This document shows positions 28,741 through 38,992 of a stretch of 64,000 nt of DNA, piece by piece. The DNA comes from Anaerolineae bacterium. GTDB taxonomy: Bacteria; Chloroflexota; Anaerolineae; Aggregatilineales; JAFGMM01. The translations under genes and the position numbers were made by a program. The DNA lies in NCBI GenBank assembly GCA_027494055.1, contig JAOSJO010000023.1, forward strand, positions 377,919 to 441,918, read 5' to 3'. Below the pieces are notes generated by a model. The model saw only the letters and a list, made by a program, of their open reading frames with translations. It did no database searches and was not told where the DNA came from. Each line of letters starts with the position of its first letter. Positions within the stretch are counted from its first letter, which is position 1.

Positions 28741-29613
28741 ATGGAATACTCAGGCTCGCTCGTGCCGATCAGCCCCGCCCGGCTGGACGGCTATGGCCCC
28801 TACCCGGCGTCACGCCGGGGCATCGTGCTCTTCGAGGTGGGCAACGACTTCGAGGATCACGGCCCCGCGCTCGCGCCAGACGTGGACACGATCTTCGTGC
28901 AGTACTTCGCCGTGCACCTGGCGGCGCGCACGGGCGTGCGCTACCAGGGCCACATCCCCTTCACCACCGACAAGGTCGATATTGCGCCGGCGTGGTGCCC
29001 GGCCTACCTCCCGCCCAACGAGTTCTACGCGCGCACGGCGGCCTTTCTGGAGCAGCAGCTTGCGCACCACACTGATGCGCCGCGCGCGGTGCTCATCATC
29101 GCGGGGCATGGCGGCGACGTGCTTGAGGCGCAGCGCGACGACCTGAGCCAACGTCTGGGCGCGCCCGTGACCATCACCGGGAACAAGCTGCACGAGGGGT
29201 TGGCGCGCCTGACCGCGCTCGACATCTACACCTCGCCGATTGCGCCCATTGCGCGCGAGATGCAGGTCCTCGGCTACTTCGACCACGCCGCCTGCCTGGA
29301 CTACTCCGTCGCCGCTGCGATGGGCGTCCTCGATCATGAGAAGCTGCGCCGCCTCGCCGACGCGGCAGTCCGGGACCCACGCGGTACGCTGCGGCAGTGG
29401 CCGGCGATTGCCGGCCTGGGCGGCTACATCGCGTATGGCGGGGCGCGCTTCGCGCCGCTGCGCGAGATCGCCGCGCTCGAATACTGTCTTGCCCTCTATA
29501 AGCGCAACCCGCGCGGGTCGCAGTCCGCCGACGCCACGCTCGGCAGCCGCATCATCGCCGGCGCGCTGGAGGCGCTGGTCGCGGTGGTCGAGTCCCTCGA
29601 TCCGGGAGGCTGA
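28741..29613 (+). CDS. creatininase-family amidohydrolase-like protein
   Basis: Intact 290-aa ORF. The motifs FEDHGPALAPDVDT and IIAGHGGD resemble the creatininase E-x-H-G...D and GHGG metal-site motifs. The assignment is from motif memory only. Confidence 0.6.
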   Translation: MEYSGSLVPISPARLDGYGPYPASRRGIVLFEVGNDFEDHGPALAPDVDTIFVQYFAVHLAARTGVRYQGHIPFTTDKVDIAPAWCPAYLPPNEFYARTAAFLEQQLAHHTDAPRAVLIIAGHGGDVLEAQRDDLSQRLGAPVTITGNKLHEGLARLTALDIYTSPIAPIAREMQVLGYFDHAACLDYSVAAAMGVLDHEKLRRLADAAVRDPRGTLRQWPAIAGLGGYIAYGGARFAPLREIAALEYCLALYKRNPRGSQSADATLGSRIIAGALEALVAVVESLDPGG

Positions 29614-29614
29614 C

Positions 29615-30325
29615 ATGCTGGAGCTGAGCGGGCGCTATATCCGCGCCGGCGCGGGGCCGCAGGCCGAGCCACTGCGCCTGGCGCCCGCCGAGACGGCGCT
29701 GCTGCTGGTGGACGTCTACTACGATGACCAGGCGCGCGGGCGCTGGGGGCCGCCCGAAGACCCGTTCACCGCCCGGTTCGCCGCGATGGAAGGCGCCATC
29801 GCGACCGCCCTTGACGCAGCGCGGGCCGCCGCCCTGCAGGTGATCTACGCCACGAACAGCGCACCGCGCATCGGGGTGCCGCGCTCGGCCTTCGGGCGTC
29901 ACTTCCGCCGGGCATGGGGCGACGAGTTCGACGCGGCGTTCGCGGAAGGCGGCGTGGACCCGCGCGAATACCACCAGGGCAATCGCGCCACGCCGCTCAA
30001 GTTCGCGCCACGCCTCGCGCCGCTGCCGGCCGAGCTTTACCTCCGCAAGCACACCTACAGCGCGTTCTTCGACACGCGCCTGGACACGGCGCTGCGCAAC
30101 CTGGGCATCCATACGCTCGTGTGCGCCGGGCTGTGGGCAAACGTCTGCCTGGCGGCGACATCCCTCGACGCGCTGTACCGGAACTATGAGGTGATCTGGC
30201 TGCGCGATGGTACACTAGCGGGCAGCGAGGATACAGGTCGGTGGATCGCCTGGTTCGAAGAAGTGGTGGGCTTCACGGTGTCGAGCGCCGAGTTCGCGGC
30301 GGCCTGCCGCCGGCTGACGCCTTGA
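29615..30325 (+). CDS. isochorismatase-family cysteine hydrolase
   Basis: The sequence is MLELSGRYI...TALLLVDVYYD...KHTYSAFFDTRLDTALRNLGIHTLVCAGLWANVCLAATSLDA. This gives the D/K/C triad pattern typical of the family. Confidence 0.8.
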   Translation: MLELSGRYIRAGAGPQAEPLRLAPAETALLLVDVYYDDQARGRWGPPEDPFTARFAAMEGAIATALDAARAAALQVIYATNSAPRIGVPRSAFGRHFRRAWGDEFDAAFAEGGVDPREYHQGNRATPLKFAPRLAPLPAELYLRKHTYSAFFDTRLDTALRNLGIHTLVCAGLWANVCLAATSLDALYRNYEVIWLRDGTLAGSEDTGRWIAWFEEVVGFTVSSAEFAAACRRLTP

Positions 30326-30375
30326 AGACAGGCGAGGGCGATCAGGGGCCAACCGGGTAAGGAGGGACATCCCCG

Positions 30376-31103
30376 ATGCGCGAACCCGCGCCGCAGGTCA
30401 AGAGCGTGCTGGCTGTTGGCGCGCACCCCGACGACATCGAAATCCTGTGCGCCGGCACGCTCGCCCGGTACGCGCAGGCGGGCGTGCGTGTGGTCATCGG
30501 CGTGGCGACCGACGGCAGCGCCGGCCACATGGCCATCCCGCCAGACGAACTGGCCGGCATCCGCCGCGCCGAGGCGGAGCGCGCCGCCGCCGTGATCGGC
30601 GCGGAACTCATCTGGATGGGCTACACCGACGAGTTGCTCTTTTTGAGGACATCGCGACGCGGCTGCGCTTCGTGGACCTCGTGCGCGTGGCAAAGCCTGA
30701 TGTCATCCTGACGCACGACCCGCATGACTATCACCCCGACCACCGCGCCGTCAGCCGCCTGCTCTTCGACGCCTCGTTCCTCTCCGGCGTGCCCCACGTC
30801 GAGACGGCGCACGCGGCGCACCCCGGCGTGCCCGCGCTCTACTACTATGACGTGCTCACGGGGGTTGGCTTCAACCCGACAGAGTACGTGGACATCGGGG
30901 AGACGTTCAAGCTCAAACACAAGATGCTGTCGTGCCACGAGAGCCAGATCGGCTGGCTGATGGATCATGACGGTATCGACGTGCTTGACCTGATGACGGT
31001 GATGGCGCGCTCCCGTGGCGTGCAGTGCGGCGTCGCGTACGCGGAGGGCTTCCGCCCCGAAATGGGTTGGGGGCGGGTCCGCCCGTACCGCGTCTTGCCT
31101 TGA
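30376..31103 (+). CDS. PIG-L/LmbE-family N-acetylglucosaminyl deacetylase, frameshifted as assembled
   Basis: [18 protein letters not shown] is the AHPDD motif. The frame is lost at the T5 run 30640-30644 and continues as ...[35 protein letters not shown]... in ORF 30447..31103. Confidence 0.85.
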
Positions 31104-31123
31104 CCTGGAGCGGAGGGTAGGGA

Positions 31124-32049
31124 ATGCGGAACATAAGCAAAGTCGCGCCGGGGTGGTGGGACTACACCACGCTGGACCGCGCCATTCTCGACGATGCGGC
31201 GCGGCTCACTGCCGACGACCTGTTCGGGCTGCGCCGTGAGGGCTTCTCGGTCGTGTTCTACGACACGGTAGAGGATTTCTACCTTGCGGAGGCGCTGGAG
31301 TACATCACGGCATGGCGGCAAGCCACCGAGCACGCGCCGGCCGGCATCTGCGGCCCGATCGGCCCCACCGAGCAGCTCCCGCTGGTCGCCCGGCTGGTGA
31401 ACGAACTGGAGCTGGACCTGCGCCACTGTCACTTCTGGGGCATGGATGAATGGGTGGTGGACGGGAAAGAGGCGGGGATGGACTTCCCGCTCAGCTTTGC
31501 CCGCGCCGACATGGAACTCTGCTTCAACCGGATACGGCCCGATCTGCGGATGCCGCCGGGGCAGATTCACTTCCCGGCGGTGGAACGGCCCCCTACATCG
31601 AGAGCTGGAACCACGCGCGCTGCGTGATTATGCAGGGCGGCCAGGGTGAGGTAAAGCACTGGGCCTTCAACGACCCGCCCCGGCGCGAGGCGCCCTACCA
31701 TGAGGATCCGCCGCCGCCGGAAATGTATCGCAGACTGACGACGCGGGTCGTGGACCTGCACCCCATCACGATGATTCAGAACGCGCGGACTTCGGGCGGC
31801 GGCGTGGTCCAGACCGTGCCGGACCAGGCGATCACCGTCGGGCCGGTGGAAACGTGGAAGGCCGAGAAGGTTTCGATCTGGCACGCCGGCGCGCACGACA
31901 ACCCGTTCGGGATGCGCCTGACCACGCTGATGATCTCGAAGCGGGTTGTCGATACCGCCGTCCCGATGTCGCTGCTCGCGGACCACCCGAACGTGCAGTT
32001 CAATTTCCTCCGGCCCGCCATCGGCACGGTCGCGGCGGAGATGCACTGA
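31124..32049 (+). CDS. glucosamine-6-phosphate deaminase/isomerase-like (NagB superfamily) protein, frameshifted as assembled
   Basis: The N-terminal part is ORF 31124..31627. After a break near 31575 it continues in ORF 31450..32049, which has [17 protein letters not shown] (the G-x-G-x-x-x-H-x-AFN-[DE]-P signature). Confidence 0.7.
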
Positions 32050-32064
32050 ACGCTGCCGGACCGG

Positions 32065-33048
32065 TCAGCCCCCGAAGCAGGCGGCGCACGCGCGCTCGAC
32101 GGCGGCCCGGTCCGGCACCGCCTCCGTGCCGCCGGGGCCGCGCAGGCTCATCGCCGCGACGGTGCTGGCGAACTGCCCGCACCGCGCCAGCGGCCACCCC
32201 TCCAGGACGCCGTAGAGGAAGCCCGCGTCGAAGGCGTCGCCCGCGCCGATGGAGTCGGAAACCTCCGCCTCCGGGACCGGATACGGCGGCTGCGCGATGC
32301 GCTCCCCGCCGGCGTGGTAGATGAGCGACCCCTGCGCGCCGCGCTTGATCACGACGGTGTGCGGGCCGGCCGCCAGCAGCGCCGCCGCCGCGCGGTCCAG
32401 GTCATCGATGCCGACGATGCTGCGGGCCTCGTCCTCGTCGGAGAGAAACACATCGACGTGCGCGATCAACCCCTCCAGCCCAACCATCCAGGGCGGATCC
32501 ACGGGGACGAGCGGGAACTGCGGGTCGAGCGAGACGATCAGCCCGCGCGTCCTGGCGTGCTGGCAGAGTTCGGCCATGTACGCGCCCCACATGTCCGGGT
32601 AGTGGAGATAGCCCGCCACGTGCAGCAGGCGCGCCCCGGCGACGCAGGCGAAATCCGCGTCGGAGAATACCGCCGGCCAGGGCGCGTGCGTCGCGACCTG
32701 GCCGGTCAGGGGCCGTTTCTTGCTGCCGAACAGCAGCATGTAGATGGCGATGGCGCTCGTGGTGCCGGGCTGGACGCGCACGCGCGCGGTGTCCACGCCG
32801 GCGTCGTGCAACGCGCGCATCAGGAAGGCGCTCAGCGGGTCAGACCCCACCGTCGAGATCACGCCACAACGCACGCCGAGCCGCTGGAGGTCCATGAGCA
32901 CGTAGCCCGCCGACCCGGCGGCGTTGACGGAGACCTTGCTCAGCCCCATCCACTGCTGCAACGCCTCAGGCTCCAGCGGGGCCTGGCCTACGGCAATGAT
33001 GTCGATGTTCAGCGGGCCGACAATCACAAGCTCCGGTTGGTGAGACAT
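32065..33048 (-). CDS. PfkB-family carbohydrate kinase
   Basis: An ATG at 33048 follows GGGAGG (MSHQPELVIVGPLNIDII...). The C-terminal signature is DSIGAGDAFDAGFLYG. Confidence 0.9.
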   Translation of the reverse strand: MSHQPELVIVGPLNIDIIAVGQAPLEPEALQQWMGLSKVSVNAAGSAGYVLMDLQRLGVRCGVISTVGSDPLSAFLMRALHDAGVDTARVRVQPGTTSAIAIYMLLFGSKKRPLTGQVATHAPWPAVFSDADFACVAGARLLHVAGYLHYPDMWGAYMAELCQHARTRGLIVSLDPQFPLVPVDPPWMVGLEGLIAHVDVFLSDEDEARSIVGIDDLDRAAAALLAAGPHTVVIKRGAQGSLIYHAGGERIAQPPYPVPEAEVSDSIGAGDAFDAGFLYGVLEGWPLARCGQFASTVAAMSLRGPGGTEAVPDRAAVERACAACFGG

Positions 33049-33076
33049 TGCGCGCCTCCCTGTGGCAGCGCCGCGC

Positions 33077-34324
33077 CTAGTGCGTGCCCGGCGGGAAGAA
33101 CATGTTCCACACGCGGGCGTGCTTGGGGATGTTGGCGCGCTGGCAGTCCGGGTTGATGCCGCCAAGCTCGACCGCGCTCCAGTAGGGCAGCAGTTGCCCC
33201 GGCAGGATCGCCAGCAGCGTGAACAGGTTCTCGTCGTCGGTGGGGAGGCGGATGACGTAATCGCACAGCGGCGCAATCTCGGTGTCGTCCTCGCTGACAA
33301 TCCCGACCGAGGGCGTCTTCAGCATCACGGTCGCTCTGGCGATGTCGGCCAGCTCTTTGTACGTCGGCCCCGGCGGCGCGACGATGATGGTCAGGATGCG
33401 GTGGTCGGTCAGGCCGAGCGCGCCGTGGATGTGGCGGCCAGGGCACATACCCTTGGTGGGGATGTGCGCCATCTCGTCATACTTGAGCGCGATCTCCTCC
33501 GCAGTGCCCAGGTTTGGCCCGCCCCCCACCACCAGCGCGGCGCGCACGTCTTTGAACTGCCGCGCGATGGTGTGGCACCGCGCGTCCACGTAGTCGAAGA
33601 CCTCGGCGAGCCGGTCCGGAATCGCCATCAGCCGCGCGTACATGGCGTCGTAGTCCATCGCGTCGGGGCGTCGCCGCCGGCCGATCTCCAGCGCCAGGAA
33701 GAGGGACACGCCCAGGCGGGTGGTGTAGTGAAACGTGTCCGAGCCGCCCGTGTCGAACCCGCCCGCGCACAGTATGACGTCTTCACAGAGCTGCGTGATC
33801 GGGCTGCCCGCCACCGACGTGAGCGCAATCGCGTAAGCGCCGGCCTCGGCGGCCTTCCGGGCGGCGCGGTTCGAGTCGACCGTGGAGCCTGACCCAGAGT
33901 AGGCAAAGTACACCATCTTGGACCAGTCATACGGGCGCGCCGTGGAGATGAATTCGAGCGAGTCGATGCCCTCCATGTCCATGCCGGCCCACGCCCAGAA
34001 CGCGCCGGCCGCGGCCATCGCGACAAACTGCGAGGTCCCCAGGCCGGTGCCCAGCCCGCGCGTGAGGCCCCGGTCCACAATCTTCTGCGCCAGCGCCGGG
34101 ATCACGTCCTTGGTGTGCGCGAACGTATCACGCAGCGCCTGTGGCTGCGACTTGATGTCGCCGTACAGGTTGTACGGGTGCCCGGTCTGCGGCTCCGTGC
34201 CCAGCGCGATGTACATGATCGGGTGTTCGCCGGTCGCCTCGACCAGCCGGTCAACGTCCCCCTCCTTCCAGTCTGCCCAGCGCGTGATGCGTCTCCCCAG
34301 CGAGCGGTCATAATCTTGCGCCAT
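33077..34324 (-). CDS. SIS-domain sugar-phosphate isomerase/deglycase-like protein (GlmS-isomerase/FrlB-like)
   Basis: Intact 415-aa ORF with two SIS-like halves (GLGTSQFVAMAAAGAFW...YFAYSGSGSTVDS and VVGGGPNLGTAEEIALKYDEMAHIP). Confidence 0.8.
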   Translation of the reverse strand: MAQDYDRSLGRRITRWADWKEGDVDRLVEATGEHPIMYIALGTEPQTGHPYNLYGDIKSQPQALRDTFAHTKDVIPALAQKIVDRGLTRGLGTGLGTSQFVAMAAAGAFWAWAGMDMEGIDSLEFISTARPYDWSKMVYFAYSGSGSTVDSNRAARKAAEAGAYAIALTSVAGSPITQLCEDVILCAGGFDTGGSDTFHYTTRLGVSLFLALEIGRRRRPDAMDYDAMYARLMAIPDRLAEVFDYVDARCHTIARQFKDVRAALVVGGGPNLGTAEEIALKYDEMAHIPTKGMCPGRHIHGALGLTDHRILTIIVAPPGPTYKELADIARATVMLKTPSVGIVSEDDTEIAPLCDYVIRLPTDDENLFTLLAILPGQLLPYWSAVELGGINPDCQRANIPKHARVWNMFFPPGTH

Positions 34325-34378
34325 TCAGATGAATCTCCTTTCGCGATTTGCGTTTCATGAGTCCGGTTGGGCGTCGCG

Positions 34379-35896
34379 TCAGCGCGGCTGATCCGCCACA
34401 TCCTGCGCCCCCAGCGCGTGACGCAGGATGTCGTCGGCGCGCGCGGTGAAGCCGTCGAGTTCGGCAGCGAGCGCGCCGGCCCGCATCACGAGCACCCGGT
34501 GCGCCAGGCCCAGCACCTCAGGCAGCTCGGAGGCGACCAGCAGGATCGCGTTGCCCTCGCGCGCGAGGCGGGCGATCAACTCGTAGATTTCGAACTTGAC
34601 GCCGACATCGATGCCCTGGGTCGGCTCCATCAGGATGAAGATCCGCGCGTGGACCGCCAGCCACTTCCCCAGCGCGACCTTCTGCTGGTTGCCACCGCTG
34701 AGGTTGCCCACCTTCTGGACGAGAGACGGCGTCTTGATGTCCAGCTCTTCGACCTGCTGCGCCGCGATGGCACGCTCCTGCGCCCGGTTCACCACCCCGG
34801 CGCGGGCGATGCGCCCCAGCGAGGCAAGCGCGATGTTGCGCTGCACGCTGAGGTTCTGGATCACGCCCTCGACCTTGCGGTCCTCCGGCACGCAGATGAC
34901 GCCGGCGGCAATCGCGCTGGAGGGGCTGGGCGCAAACGGCTGCCCGCCCACGCTGATGCGCCCGGCGCGGATGGGATAGTCCCCGAAGATGGCCTTCGCA
35001 AGCTCGGTCTTGCCGGAGCCGCCCACGCCCGTAAGCGCCAGCACCTCCCGGCGCGGAGCGCAAAGCTCACGTCGGTAAACGCGCCATCGGCAGCGGTCAG
35101 CTCTTCCACGCGCAGCAGCGGCGCGCCCGGCGCGGGATTGCGCGCGGGGAAGACCGTCTCCAGCCGGCGACCGATCATATCGGTGATGAGCAGGTCGGCA
35201 GTGACCTCGCCGATGGGCGCGGTGCGCACGTGTTTGCCGTCGCGCAGCACCGTGACCGTGTCGGCAAGCTGGAAGATTTCCTCCAGCCGGTGCGAGACGT
35301 AGAGGATGGTCGCGCCCCGCGCCTTGAGGATGGCGATCACGTCAAACAGCGCATCGACCTCCTGCTGGTTGAGCGCGGCGGTCGGCTCATCCATGATGAA
35401 CAGCGTCGCCTCGTTCAGCAACGCCTTGGCGATCTCGACCAACTGCTTCTCGCTGACCTTGAGGCTCTCGACCGGGGCGCGCACGTCCATGTGCCCGGCC
35501 TTGAGCGTCGCCAGGATCGACTCGGTCTCGCGGCGCATGGCGCGGTGGTCGATGACGCCCAGGCCGCGCCTCGGCTCCTTGCCCAGCATCACGTTGCTCA
35601 TCACGCTGCGCGTGGGCAGGAGGTTGAGTTCCTGGTAGATGGTGGACACGCCCGCCGCGAATGCGTCCTTCGGGGGTGTGGGGGTTGTAGGGCCGGCCGT
35701 CCAGGACGATCTCGCCGGCGTCGCGCGGGATCGCGCCGGAGAGCACCTTGATGAGCGTGGACTTGCCCGCGCCGTTCTCGCCGATCAGGGCGTGCACGTG
35801 GCCGGCCGCGACCGCAAACGACACGCCGTCGAGCGCCTGCACGCCAGGGAAGCGCTTGCTGATGTCGGTGAGCGTGAGCTTCGTGCTGTGCGCCAT
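34379..35896 (-). CDS. sugar ABC transporter ATP-binding protein with two ATPase domains (RbsA/MglA type), two frameshifts as assembled
   Basis: The pieces are 35387..35896 ([10 protein letters not shown]), 34861..35649 ([25 protein letters not shown]) and 34379..35044 ([35 protein letters not shown]). They join at the G5 run 35672-35676 and the C3 run 35047-35049. Confidence 0.9.
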
Positions 35897-35897
35897 C

Positions 35898-36863
35898 TCA
35901 GCGGACCATCACGCGCAGCCGGTCGAGCGAGAGCGCGACGATCAGGATCGCGCCGGAGACGATGCGCTGGATGTTGATGTCCGCGCCGAGGTGGATCAGG
36001 CCGTTGTCGATTGCCATCAGGAAGATCGCCGCCGCCAGCACATTCAGCACCCGCCCGCGCCCGCCGGAAAGGCTGATGCCGCCCAGGATCACGGCGGTGA
36101 GGATCGGAAACAGGAAGTTGCCGCCCATGCCCGCCCCCGCCGACCCCCGGCGCGCCGCCGCCATCACGCCGCCGAACCCGGCCAGCAGGCCCGCGATCAC
36201 GAAGGCGTACAGGCGGATGCGCGCGGTCTTGATGCCGGAGAGCCAGGTGGCCTTGTCGTTCGAGCCGGTGGCGTAGATGTAGGCCCCGAAGGTGGTATAC
36301 GAGAGTACGAAGTGCGCGATCAGGTAGAACAAGAACAACAGGATCACCGGCACCGGCACCGGGCCGACCCACCCCGTGTAGAGAAACTCGATCGGGTCGA
36401 TTGCATCCCCGTAGATGGTATGGCCGCCGGTGTACGTCAGGCCCAGGCCATCGAGGATGGTCATCATGCCCAACGTGGCGATGATCGGGTTGATGCCGAT
36501 CAGGGTCACGAGCAGGCCGTTGACCAGGCCGATCAGCCCGCCGGCCCCAACCGCGATGAGCACCGCCAGCGCCGGCGGCAGGGAGAAGTCCACGATGCCG
36601 GCCGCGACGATGATGGCGGTCAACCCCAGCGTGGACGCGACCGAGACATCCATGGTCCCCAGCATGACGATCAGGCTCTCGCCGATGGCGACGATGCCGA
36701 TGATGGCGGCCTGCCGCACGACCTTGGAGGCGTTGTCCCAGGTCATGAACGTGTTGGTCTGTAGCGCCAGGAACAACACCCAGAGCAAGAAGATGACGTA
36801 GAAGCCATTCTCGCTGATGAAATCGACCACTCTGCGCCGGTCTAGTTTGAGCGAAGCGTCCAT
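35898..36863 (-). CDS. ribose-type ABC transporter permease (RbsC/BPD_transp_2 family)
   Basis: Intact 321-aa multi-TM ORF. Its stop abuts the ATPase start. Confidence 0.9.
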   Translation of the reverse strand: MDASLKLDRRRVVDFISENGFYVIFLLWVLFLALQTNTFMTWDNASKVVRQAAIIGIVAIGESLIVMLGTMDVSVASTLGLTAIIVAAGIVDFSLPPALAVLIAVGAGGLIGLVNGLLVTLIGINPIIATLGMMTILDGLGLTYTGGHTIYGDAIDPIEFLYTGWVGPVPVPVILLFLFYLIAHFVLSYTTFGAYIYATGSNDKATWLSGIKTARIRLYAFVIAGLLAGFGGVMAAARRGSAGAGMGGNFLFPILTAVILGGISLSGGRGRVLNVLAAAIFLMAIDNGLIHLGADINIQRIVSGAILIVALSLDRLRVMVR

Positions 36864-36892
36864 TTTTCCTCGCGTTGTGACGCGCCGGTCAG

Positions 36893-36924
36893 GGCGGGGG
36901 CGCGCAGACGGTCGCGCCCCCGCC
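36893..36924 (-). promoter_or_regulatory. perfect 12-bp GC hairpin immediately after the SBP gene
   Basis: ggcgggggcgcg (36893-36904) pairs with cgcgcccccgcc (36913-36924) across an 8-nt loop. It lies between the SBP stop (36945) and the permease start (36863). Confidence 0.6.
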
Positions 36925-36944
36925 GGTCCCTCAGTACAAGATGG

Positions 36945-38881
36945 TTACGGGTTCAGTGTCTCGGCGGTGATGAGTTCGATGGGGACGCGGACGTTGGCGG
37001 GCGCGTCCGCGCCGACCAGCAGCTTCACCACCGCGTTTGCGGCGAGCAGACCGTTCGCGTCCGGCGCGGTCGAGACCGTCCCCCGGAAGTAGTAGCCGTC
37101 CTGCAGGTATTGCAGCGCCTGCGCTTCCGCGTCGATCCCCACCACGATCACCTCATCCGCCCCTTCCCGGCGGCCTCCAACGCCTGCACCGCCCCATACG
37201 CCCCCGCGTCGTTGATCGACACCACCACGTCGATGTCCGGGTGCGCCTGCAGCGCGCTCTCCATGCTCGTCAGCCCGAAGTCCGCCGTCCCGCCCAGGTA
37301 CCGACCCACCACCGTCGCCCCTGGCGCGCCCTCCAGCAACGCCGCCTCGATGTTGTCCGCTCGGATCACCACGTTCGGCAGGTCAGGGTAGTCCAGGATC
37401 GCCACCACCGCCTCCCCGCCCAGCTCCTCCGCAATGAGCTGCCCGGCATACTCCCCAGCGGCCCACCCCAGGTCGGCGTCCTCAATCGCGATCGACACCC
37501 CGCCGAACTGCTGCGCGCTCCCCGCCCCGCGTACTGCACGATCGCGATCCCGGCCTCCGCCGCCTCCCTGCAGCGCATTCGCCACCGCTGGCGGGTCCAG
37601 CACGCAGATCACCAGCGCGCTCACACCCCGCGCTGTGAAGCTCTCGATCCCCGAGATCTGCAGCTCCGTGTCCGCCTGCAGATCGAAGATCTCCGCCCGC
37701 AGCCCAACTTCCGCCAGCCGCGCCGCCGCCGCCTCCGCCGCCGCCGCGTGCCACTCGTTGCCCATCGTGCACGACACGACGCCCACCACGCCATCGCCCA
37801 GCGCCGCCTGCGCCGCCGCGATCTCCTCCGCCGTCGGCTCCAGGTCCGCCGCCGTCCCCATTGCCTGGGCGGCCAGCGTCTCGGCGGTGATGAGTTCGAT
37901 GGGGACGCGGACGTTGGCGGGCGCGTCCGCGCCGGCCAGCAGCTTCACCACCGCGTTTGCGGCGAGCAGACCGTTCGCGTCCGGCGCGGTCGAGACCGTC
38001 CCCCGGAAGTAGTAGCCGTCCTGCAGGTATTGCAGCGCCTGCGCTTCCGCGTCGATCCCCACCACGATCACCTCATCCGCCCCCTTCCCGGCGGCCTCCA
38101 ACGCCTGCACCGCCCCATACGCCCCCGCGTCGTTGATCGACACCACCACGTCGATGTCCGGGTGCGCCTGCAGCGCGCTCTCCATGCTCGTCAGCCCGAA
38201 GTCCGCCGTCCCGCCCAGGTACCGACCCACCACCGTCGCCCCTGGCGCGCCCTCCAGCAACGCCGCCTCGATGTTGTCCGCCCGGATCACCACGTTCGGC
38301 AGGTCAGGGTAGTCCAGGATCGCCACCACCGCCTCCCCGCCCAGTTCCTCCGCGATGAGCTGCCCGGCGTACTCCCCAGCAGCCCACCCCAGGTCGGCGT
38401 CCTCAATCGCGATCGACACCCCGCCGAACTGCTGCGCGCTCTCCCGCCCCGCGTACTGCACGATCGCGATCCCGGCCTCCGCCGCCTCCTGCAGCGCGTT
38501 CGCCACCGCTGGCGGGTCCAGCACGCAGATCACCAGCGCGCTCACGCCCCGCGCCGTGAAGCTCTCGATCCCCGAGATCTGCAACTCCGTGTCCGCCTGC
38601 GAATCGAAGATCTCCGCTCGCAGCCCAACTTCCGCCAGCCGCGCCGCCGCCGCCTCCGCCGCCGCCGCGTGCCACTCGTTGCCCATCGTGCACGACACGA
38701 CGCCCACCACGCCATCGCCCAGCGCCGCCTGCGCCGCCGCGATCTCCTCCGCCGTCGGCTCCAGATCCGCCGCCGTCCCCATCGGCTCTTCCTGCGCCTG
38801 GACCCGCGCCAATCCGGGCAGCCCCGCGATCAGCAGCAGGCAGACCAGGCTCGTCACCGCGTACAAGGTCGCCTTTTTCAT
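36945..38881 (-). CDS. periplasmic sugar-binding protein (type I PBP, RbsB-like) containing two tandem near-identical binding modules. The C-terminal module carries three indels as assembled.
   Basis: An ATG at 38881 follows GGAGGAG (MKKATLYAVTSLVCLLLIAGLPGLARVQAQEEP). The ~303-aa module MGTAADLEPTAEEIAAAQ...VPIELITAETL then occurs twice, joined by AAQA. The stop is at 36945-36947. Indels in the lower copy are at 37160-37163, about 37520 and 37566-37568. Confidence 0.85.
36954..38782 (-). repeat. 920-bp-period direct tandem duplication (units 36954-37861 and 37874-38782, 12-nt linker)
   Basis: By hand alignment the two units differ at 15 substitution positions and 3 single-base indels. Confidence 0.95.
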
Positions 38882-38992
38882 CGCCGTTTCTCCTCCGCAT
38901 TCCGTGCGAATATCAACCGAGATCAGAAGCCTGACGCATGTTTTCCGGGACACCTCCTTACCCTGCGAACAGCAAAGCGCCGGTCAACAGTC

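Noticed and set aside
36954-38782. Tandem repeat considered as a CRISPR array or as the template/variable repeat pair of a diversity-generating retroelement
   Set aside because: There are only two units of about 909 nt, with no short spacer-repeat periodicity. There is no reverse transcriptase nearby. The differences are mixed transitions (A/G and C/T in both directions), not adenine-specific substitutions.
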